Origin: Candidatus Minusculum obligatum
GTDB taxonomy: Bacteria; Patescibacteriota; Minisyncoccia; Phycocordibacterales; Phycocordibacteraceae
Assembly: GCA_045401155.1 (NCBI GenBank)
Contig: CP174360.1
Span: 310,769 to 374,768, forward strand
Reading direction: 5' to 3'
Length of the DNA: 64,000 nucleotides
Part shown: positions 39,985 to 46,374 of the stretch, in pieces
Layout of the letters: each line of letters opens with the position of its first letter
Position numbering within the stretch: the stretch's first letter is position 1
The notes under the pieces: model-generated
Told to the model about the DNA's origin: nothing
The model's database searches: none
The model's input: the letters and a program-made list of their open reading frames with translations, nothing else
Translations under genes and position numbers: made by a program

Positions 39985-40506
39985 ATGGAGAAGCAAAGAA
40001 TATTCGCATATATTCTTATTGGAGCCATCATTTCTTTCATTGTTTTTTCTCTTGCTGTATTTCTTCCAAACCTTACTCTTGTATGGACGATAGCAAATTC
40101 TCCTGCTTTGTTAGGTGAAAAATTTGCACTGCTTGTGAGTTTATATGGTGCTATTGGAACAAACTTTACATTTCTTGCAGCGGGGTACACCATTTTGATG
40201 TCTCTCTTGTTTGGCTTAAATGTCGCACTGCTGATTTATCTTGTGCGTAGCAGGAGTGTTGGTGCTGTTGGTAAAAATGCCGCAGTTAGTATAGGGGGTC
40301 TTATAAGTGGAATACTGGGTGTTGGGTGTGCTGCTTGCGGCACATTTATTCTCTCAGCAATGCTTGGGCTTGTGGGTGCAGCGGGACTACTCGCGCTATT
40401 GCCACTTGGTGGAGAAGAGTTTGGAATAGTGGGAGTTATTTTGCTTGCCTATACAACATATGCACTGATCAAAAAAATTCGTGAACCAAATGTTTGCAGT
40501 GTTTAG
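39985..40506 (+). CDS. Membrane protein with CxxC motif
   Basis: GVGCAACG within the TM region. Confidence 0.75.
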   Translation: MEKQRIFAYILIGAIISFIVFSLAVFLPNLTLVWTIANSPALLGEKFALLVSLYGAIGTNFTFLAAGYTILMSLLFGLNVALLIYLVRSRSVGAVGKNAAVSIGGLISGILGVGCAACGTFILSAMLGLVGAAGLLALLPLGGEEFGIVGVILLAYTTYALIKKIREPNVCSV

Positions 40507-40515
40507 ATAATTAGT

Positions 40516-41001
40516 ATGGATATACTCATTATATTTCTTGGAAGCTATTTGCATTTCTTCATTATTGCAACAGCTTTATTAAGTGTTATTTTTGCATCTT
40601 CAAAAATACGTCTAGAATACATCTCTTTCTTAATTTTTGTTGGGCTGCTTGCTTATTTGTTAGGAGAGTTAGTTGGTATGGTTGTATATAATCCGCGACC
40701 TTTTGTTGTCTTGGATGTTGTTCCACTTATTCCTCATGATCCAACGAACGGATTTCCTTCTACGCATGCACTTGTTTCTATAAGCATTGCTTTTGCTGTG
40801 TTTATCTTTAACAAGAAACTTGGATTTATACTTTTCTTGTTTGGAATACTTGTTGGTGTTGGTCGTATTTTTGCTCAAATACACAGTGTTGAAGATGTTC
40901 TTGGGAGCATTGTTGTGTCGCTTGTAGCAGTATGTGCGGGGCTATTTGTTAAAAAGGTTTTTAGAAAACTCAAGGAGCAGAAGATTCTCATGAAATTTTA
41001 A
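40516..41001 (+). CDS. PAP2-family phosphatase (BcrC-like undecaprenyl-diphosphatase)
   Basis: PRPF, FPSTHA, GRIFAQIH. Confidence 0.85.
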   Translation: MDILIIFLGSYLHFFIIATALLSVIFASSKIRLEYISFLIFVGLLAYLLGELVGMVVYNPRPFVVLDVVPLIPHDPTNGFPSTHALVSISIAFAVFIFNKKLGFILFLFGILVGVGRIFAQIHSVEDVLGSIVVSLVAVCAGLFVKKVFRKLKEQKILMKF

Positions 41002-41032
41002 TCTCTCTATGTAGAAATAGTGCAGTATAATA

Positions 41033-41387
41033 TTAACGGCTCAGGCGGGTGAGCCGTTTGGGAGAAAAAATCGCGCACAAATAGAAGTCCGTCATTTGCC
41101 CTTTCCCAAAAAATGGGGGCGCGGGAAAGGATAAAAGTGCAAAGAAGGATTCTATTTGTGCACGGCGAGCGGAGCGAGTCGTGCGGTGCGGAAAGTATGT
41201 GGAGATCACCTCGCGGAGGTGTATGTCTGATGTACCACCGGCTCTCGCCGTTCATTTCAGACTCCGTCTGAAATACATTCGGATTTCATCATATATACGG
41301 AGCCGGATAGTACAGAGTTCAGATTTTGGGAGATTTCCAAAATTCTGAAGGGGGAAATTCGCAAGGATTTCCCAGGGGGTTTTGAAG
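41033..41387 (+). repeat. Inverted structured repeat copy 4, att core 6 and a 90-bp inverted copy of the recombinase 3' end
   Basis: 41102-41304 is the reverse complement of copy 3; 41298-41387 is the exact reverse complement of 42793-42882; TATAAT at 41026-41031. Confidence 0.95.
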
Positions 41388-41410
41388 GAAGCAATATAGA
41401 CCAAAAGCTT

Positions 41411-42904
41411 ATGAGATTCTTTTTATACATACGCAAATCAACCGATGAGGATGATAGGCAGATATTGTCGCTTGAAGCGCAAGAATTTGAATTGAAGCAG
41501 TTGGCTTCGCAAGAGCAAATAGAGATAGTAGAGGTGTTTCGAGAGTCACAGACTGCAAAAGAACCAGGGCGGAAAGTTTTTAATGAAATGCTCTTGCGAA
41601 TAGAGAATGGGGAAGTTGATGGAATTCTATCGTGGCATCCGGATAGATTGGCACGCAATAGTGTAGATGGCGGACGTATTATTTATTTAGTGGATGCGGG
41701 GAAGATACAATTCCTCAAATTCCCAACATTCTGGTTTGAGCCAACGCCTCAAGGCAAATTCATGCTGAACATTGCTTTTGGTCAGTCGAAATATTTTGTT
41801 GATAATCTTTCAGAGAATACTCGTCGTGGACTTCGTCAAAAATTGCGCCGTGGCGAATGGCCGGGACCAGCACCCATTGGCTATCTAAACGATAAGTTAG
41901 GTCACACTATTGTGCTGGATCCCGAGCGTGCGCCACTTCTGCAGAAGTTGTTTGAGAAATATGCAGAGGGGAATTATTCTCTGAAAGATTTACAAAATAT
42001 TGCAAAGTCTATTGGCTTGTTTAGTAGGGGAGGAAAGGTGTTATCTGTTTCGCTTATTCAAAACATCCTCTCCAATCCTTTTTATTATGGAGTTATGAGA
42101 TATGGAGGAGAATTGTATGAAGCAAAACACGAGCCTTTGATTTCTAAGAAACTGTTTGATTCCATTCAGAAGATAATGGCTAGCAAGTCGAGACCTCGCA
42201 AACATGGAGAGGTAGAGTATCCACTGCGTGGATTATTTGAGTGTGGCGAGTGCTCGTGCGCCATTACTTCTGAAATGCAAAAAGGACATCATTATTATCG
42301 CTGCACGAAAAAGCGTGGCGCTTGCTCGCAAAAATATCTTCGAGAAGAGCTTTTGGTTGAGCAGGTTGATGATGTCCTTTCAAACGTTTCTATACCTGAT
42401 TCGTGGGCAGAGGAGATGCTCGTGAGATTGGATGAGGAGAAGGAGTCTGAGGAGAGAGAAACTTCTCTGTATGCTCAAAAATTAAGAGACGATATTGCAT
42501 CTTTTGATCTCAAGCTTGATGCACTTCTAGATACTTATTTAGAGAAAAGTATTTCAAAAGAGGAGTATCAGAGCAAAAAGCAAAAACTGTTAGATCAAAA
42601 GATAGATTTGCAGGAGAAATTAGACTCAATTTCGCATACAGGAAGTTTCTGGCTCGAACCGATGCGAAACTTAATTTTAGATAGTAAACAAGCCAAATAT
42701 ATTGCTTCACAAAAATCTCTCTTCGAGAAGAGAGATTTTTGCAAAAAGGTTGGCTCGAACCTTGTTTTAGTGGACAAACGAGTGTCCTTTTTCTTCAAAA
42801 CCCCCTGGGAAATCCTTGCGAATTTCCCCCTTCAGAATTTTGGAAATCTCCCAAAATCTGAACTCTGTACTATCCGGCTCCGCGGACAGGATTCGAACCT
42901 GTGA
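41411..42904 (+). CDS. Large serine recombinase (resolvase, recombinase, Zn-ribbon, coiled-coil)
   Basis: YIRKST catalytic Ser, DRLARN, PIGY, HEPLIS, CGEC...YYRC...C; last codons (LRGQDSNL*) are antisense to the tRNA 3' end. Confidence 0.96.
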   Translation: MRFFLYIRKSTDEDDRQILSLEAQEFELKQLASQEQIEIVEVFRESQTAKEPGRKVFNEMLLRIENGEVDGILSWHPDRLARNSVDGGRIIYLVDAGKIQFLKFPTFWFEPTPQGKFMLNIAFGQSKYFVDNLSENTRRGLRQKLRRGEWPGPAPIGYLNDKLGHTIVLDPERAPLLQKLFEKYAEGNYSLKDLQNIAKSIGLFSRGGKVLSVSLIQNILSNPFYYGVMRYGGELYEAKHEPLISKKLFDSIQKIMASKSRPRKHGEVEYPLRGLFECGECSCAITSEMQKGHHYYRCTKKRGACSQKYLREELLVEQVDDVLSNVSIPDSWAEEMLVRLDEEKESEERETSLYAQKLRDDIASFDLKLDALLDTYLEKSISKEEYQSKKQKLLDQKIDLQEKLDSISHTGSFWLEPMRNLILDSKQAKYIASQKSLFEKRDFCKKVGSNLVLVDKRVSFFFKTPWEILANFPLQNFGNLPKSELCTIRLRGQDSNL

Positions 42905-42915
42905 CCTGCCGGTTA

Positions 42916-43461
42916 CGCTTGATCCCACTATTTCTAGGGGTGCGGACTATATCATCACCCATCTTGCGATTAGGGTGGAAGGCGCTTCCCAAAGCTTTCG
43001 CTCCAGTACTCCCGTAAGGGATAGTCTCTGAACCTTCCTCGTGAGAGGCTTGGCTGCTGATTACCTGCAACATTACTTGCTAAGGCTTCCAGCAATTCAC
43101 CTTCTTTTCAACCTAAGTTTCCTTAGGAGGCTGCGTGGTGCCTGCGTGCAGTTCTGCGTGGCAATTTGCGCAAACAAGAATACATTTATCAAGTTCTTTT
43201 TGGATTTTCTCCCAAGAACGAGTTAGTCCTCTTGCTGATAATCCAAAATCTTTTTGCTTTGGATCTTTGTGATGAAAGGCAAGCGCTTGCTTACATTTTT
43301 TATATCCACAAATTTTGCATTTACCACCTCCGTATTCAAGAGCTTTGTTGCGAAGTTCCTTTCGTCGCTTTGCAACTGCCTTGCGGAGATATTCTGCACG
43401 GTCAGCGTATGTTCTTTTATCTGGCATACACATATGTAGTATACCAGAGGAACATGCGTTC
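42916..43461 (-). ncRNA. Group I self-splicing intron (546 nt) in the anticodon, position 35/36
   Basis: Exon ends in U, intron ends in G; core elements AATTGCTGGAA (P), AATCAGCAG (Q), GTTCAGAGACTA (R), ATGATATAGTCC (S). Confidence 0.92.
43113..43427 (-). CDS. Intron-encoded HNH endonuclease
   Basis: CKICGY...LAFHH...CILVCANCHAELH; lies in the 5' part of the intron. Confidence 0.88.
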   Translation of the reverse strand: MPDKRTYADRAEYLRKAVAKRRKELRNKALEYGGGKCKICGYKKCKQALAFHHKDPKQKDFGLSARGLTRSWEKIQKELDKCILVCANCHAELHAGTTQPPKET

Positions 43462-43594
43462 ACAGCCGGATGCTCTACCGCTGAGCTACCGCGGAATATA
43501 AATACGCTCATGTGAAGCGTGAAGGCATTGTACCCAAAAAGGGTCATTTTGCAATGTGATATACTCACCAAATAGTAAGTAATGAATGTAATTT

Positions 43595-43837
43595 ATGATG
43601 ACGCTTTACGTGAAAACAGGATGTCCATTTTGCAAGAAAGTACGAGACTGTGTTGCAGAGATGGGTATTCAAGACATGATTGAAGAGAAGAATGTTGCGG
43701 ATGATGGAGTTGTAGATGAGTTGATTGAAAAAGGAGGGAAGAAGCAGGTTCCATACCTTATTGATGCAGAGAAGGGTGTAGAGATGTATGAGTCAGATGA
43801 TATCTGTAATTATCTGAAGGAGAATTACGGAAACTAG
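43595..43837 (+). CDS. Glutaredoxin-like protein
   Basis: GCPFC, QVPYL, MYESDDI. Confidence 0.9.
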   Translation: MMTLYVKTGCPFCKKVRDCVAEMGIQDMIEEKNVADDGVVDELIEKGGKKQVPYLIDAEKGVEMYESDDICNYLKENYGN

Positions 43838-43842
43838 TACAT

Positions 43843-44064
43843 ATGTACGTAAAAGTTCGTGCCAAACCGGATGCGAAGAAGGAGTTGATCATTGAGATGG
43901 ATCGGTACGAACTTGCAATACATGTAAAGGAGCCGGCCAGGCAAAATATGGCAAATAGGCGTATTATTGAGATATTGGCGGAACGGTATGCTGTTCCAGC
44001 TCGGAGCATACAAATGCTCTCAGGATTCCGTTCCCCAAATAAAGTATTTTCAATTGATCCATGA
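43843..44064 (+). CDS. DUF167 (YggU/UPF0235) protein
   Basis: VRAKPDAK...VKEPARQNMAN...SGFRSPNK. Confidence 0.85.
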   Translation: MYVKVRAKPDAKKELIIEMDRYELAIHVKEPARQNMANRRIIEILAERYAVPARSIQMLSGFRSPNKVFSIDP

Positions 44065-44426
44065 ATATCTTATTTAAGGGAACAAATTACACTATTACTC
44101 CAGAGATTGAGTCTCTGTGTACCTCAAAGATTACTTCTGCAACAAGAATGCTTGGTGCAGATCAGGAAAAAGCCCTAACTGAGGTTGAGTTAGAGCTTGT
44201 GGAAGAGCGCAAAAACAACAACGCAGTATATCGGGCCGAGGTAAATGTCTCACTTGATGGAAAGTTGTATCGTGCAGAGAGTACTCGTCGTTCAATGCAA
44301 AATGCTATTAGCGACGTAAAGAAAGAGCTCTCAAATGAGATTCGAAGAGACAGGGGGAAGGACAAGTCTCTTATGAAGCAGGGAGGTCGCGCAGTGAAAT
44401 CATTCTTGCGGGGCTTCGGGCGGTAG
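44061..44426 (+). CDS. raiA: Ribosome hibernation factor HPF/RaiA-like protein
   Basis: NYTITPEI...YRAEVNV...RAES...NAISDVKKEL. Confidence 0.75.
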   Translation: MNILFKGTNYTITPEIESLCTSKITSATRMLGADQEKALTEVELELVEERKNNNAVYRAEVNVSLDGKLYRAESTRRSMQNAISDVKKELSNEIRRDRGKDKSLMKQGGRAVKSFLRGFGR

Positions 44427-45254
44427 AGGAAGAGTAAGTTCGCGATAGCGAACTTCTTTTTTACCCTCAGGAGTAACTTTTGTTGGAAGAAACACGCCTT
44501 TGTAGAAGGTTGCGTCATTTATTTTTATTCGTGTCCCATCTTGTGCAAAGAAGAATGTTCCAGGCCATGGGTGATATGCGCAGAATTTTAGGAAGTTCTG
44601 ATATGCGTCATTTTTAAAATCAATTTCTCCATCCCCTTTCTTTATTTTTGAAGTAAATGTTGCCTGCTCATGATCTTGTTCTTCGGGGGTGACTTCTTCT
44701 TTTACGGTTTTTTGCATTGCCTCAGCAAGTAATTCTCCTCCAAAAGCTGCAAGTACTGTGGTAAGTTCATTTTTTCGTATTGGCCAGGCAGGAAGCTCCT
44801 TGATCTTTTGAAATACAATCGGTCCGTGATCAAGCTCTTCATCCATTTGCATGATCGTTACCCCAACCTTTTTTTCATCTTCTAGAATTTGTCCTTCGAT
44901 AGGAGAGGCTCCACGGTACTTTGGAAGCATTGAAGGGTGTACATTAAGCGTTCCATATTTTGGAAGTTCGATAAGCTCTTTTTTAAGAATCTTTCCATAT
45001 GCTGCAACAACAAACATGTCGAAGTTTTTTTGTAGCTCCTCTGGAATTTCTTTAAGAGATTCTGGTTGAATATATGGGATACCTTTTTCCTCTGCGTATA
45101 CCTTTACGGCAGGAGGCGTCATCTCCATACCGCGTCCAGCTTTTTTGTCTGGTGCAGTAACAATAAGGGAGGGGGCAAGTCCTCGCTCTTCAAGCTCCTC
45201 AAGGATTCGTACGGCAAATGGAGGAGTGCCAAAGTATGCAAAATTAACGCTCAT
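44400..45254 (-). CDS. fmt: Methionyl-tRNA formyltransferase
   Basis: FGTPPFA, VAAYGKIL, LNVHPSMLPKYRGASPI. Confidence 0.96.
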   Translation of the reverse strand: MSVNFAYFGTPPFAVRILEELEERGLAPSLIVTAPDKKAGRGMEMTPPAVKVYAEEKGIPYIQPESLKEIPEELQKNFDMFVVAAYGKILKKELIELPKYGTLNVHPSMLPKYRGASPIEGQILEDEKKVGVTIMQMDEELDHGPIVFQKIKELPAWPIRKNELTTVLAAFGGELLAEAMQKTVKEEVTPEEQDHEQATFTSKIKKGDGEIDFKNDAYQNFLKFCAYHPWPGTFFFAQDGTRIKINDATFYKGVFLPTKVTPEGKKEVRYRELTLPLPPEAPQE

Positions 45255-45750
45255 GTTGTTCTAGGTTTTCTGCATGATCAATAAACAAAATACCATCTAA
45301 ATGATCAATTTCATGCTGATATGCCTGCGCCAGGATTCCGCCTCCGCCACGAGTAAACCAGTTCCCATCAGCATCTTGTGCTTTTACAGTCGCGCGCTCG
45401 TATCTTTTTGTTGTCCCAAAAATCCCATCCACAGAAAGGCAGCCTTCAGGCATCTCAGTCTTCTTTCGAGATGTCTTAACAATAGTTGGATTTATAAAAA
45501 CACCAACCTCTGGCTCTGCTTCTTTTTCTTCTTGAGGAGGGAGCATTCGATCATATCGCACAATAAAAATACGATATGGAATTGCAATTTGTGGTGCAGC
45601 GAGTGCCACGCCATATTCTTTTGCATTAAGAGATGCTTCCATTTGGGCAAGCATGTCCTTTAGTTTGTCAGATCCAAAAAGGTCTGCGGGAACCTCTTTT
45701 GCAGTTTCTCGCAGCACCTCGTCTTCGCCTTCTTGTACAATCGGCTTCAT
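45244..45750 (-). CDS. def: Peptide deformylase
   Basis: GVALAAPQI, EGCLS, QHEIDHLDG. Confidence 0.96.
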   Translation of the reverse strand: MKPIVQEGEDEVLRETAKEVPADLFGSDKLKDMLAQMEASLNAKEYGVALAAPQIAIPYRIFIVRYDRMLPPQEEKEAEPEVGVFINPTIVKTSRKKTEMPEGCLSVDGIFGTTKRYERATVKAQDADGNWFTRGGGGILAQAYQHEIDHLDGILFIDHAENLEQHER

Positions 45751-45765
45751 ATTTTGAGTATAAAC

Positions 45766-45885
45766 AAAAAAGCCACCTATGCATAGGTGGCAAAAGGGCC
45801 AGGTGAGGTGACCAGAGAACTCGCGCTACCAAGGCGAGGGTTCAAAGGAAGCACGTGCTTCTGGCCACCTCGGGGCGCACAGGAG
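45766..45885 (-). ncRNA. Candidate structured small RNA ending in an intrinsic terminator
   Basis: -10-like TATGAT/TATACT at 45887-45897; stem GAGGTGGCCAGA/TCTGGTCACCTC; terminator GCCACCTAT-GC-ATAGGTGGC-T6. Confidence 0.45.
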
Positions 45886-46065
45886 AAGTATATCATAGAA
45901 GAAAGGGCGGAAAACGTTGTGGAGGGCACACAGCGTTTTCCGCCCAGAGGCGAGCGCATCAGGCTCAGTCACGAAACCTTTGCGCTCGCGCGGTGCCCGT
46001 CTGCGGGGGGAGATTGCAAACGGGCGGCCTGGATCCATACTACGCCTTTAGGTTAGAATTGCAAT

Positions 46066-46353
46066 ATGGAGCACATTGGCGCAAATCTTCCAGAATTTAA
46101 ACAAGAAAAAACACGTAAGACAGAGCGGGGAGAGCTTATGGTGTATTTTTGTGCGAAATTAAATGCTTCAAGAGAAAAAGATGGATTAAAACCTCTTTCT
46201 ATGGGGCGTATGGGTATGCTTTTGCAGGGTATCCCTACGAAAGACCTCTATTATTTAAAAAGTATTTGTGAACAAGCAAAACACTTTTCTAAAAAGTTTT
46301 GGTGGGAAATTAATCCAAAAAATCACGACGGGAAGCAATTTGGACAGAAGTAA
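46066..46353 (+). CDS. Hypothetical protein
   Basis: 95-aa ORF; TAGAAT 6 nt before ATG. Confidence 0.7.
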   Translation: MEHIGANLPEFKQEKTRKTERGELMVYFCAKLNASREKDGLKPLSMGRMGMLLQGIPTKDLYYLKSICEQAKHFSKKFWWEINPKNHDGKQFGQK

Positions 46354-46374
46354 AATACTGCGTACAATGGGTGT

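Larger units (their letters stand above)
25160..42904. mobile_element. Genomic island / cassette array at the tRNA-Asn 3' end, with a large serine recombinase
   Basis: Seven GGCTCCG att-like cores (first one degenerate), recombinase overlapping the tRNA 3' end, accessory cargo. Confidence 0.85.
42878..43495 (-). tRNA. tRNA-Asn(GTT), split by an intron; exons 43495-43462 and 42915-42878
   Basis: TCCGCGGTAGCTCAGCGGTAGAGCATCCGGCTGT ^ TAACCGGCAGGTCACAGGTTCGAATCCTGTCCGCGGAG; acceptor TCCGCGG/CCGCGGA, discriminator G. Confidence 0.93.

Noticed and set aside
41257-41658. 133-aa minus-strand ORF, plus 42816-43031 and 42870-43073
   Set aside because: Antisense or out-of-frame shadows of the recombinase, att repeat and intron core.
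25158-42904. Classical integron or prophage
   Set aside because: No tyrosine integrase, no clear RYYYAAC/GTTRRRY attC boxes, and no phage structural or replication genes.
43428-43571. N-terminal extension of the HNH ORF to 43571
   Set aside because: It runs through the tRNA 5' exon and promoter; the plausible start is 43427 or 43433 inside the intron.
45836-45856. SRP RNA, suggested by AGGGTTCAAAGGAAGCAC
   Set aside because: No proper GNRA-capped helix 8, and wobble pairs favour the opposite strand.
45777-46100. Several overlapping short ORFs in the def intergenic region
   Set aside because: Expected by chance in GC-rich palindromic DNA; the hairpins explain the sequence better.
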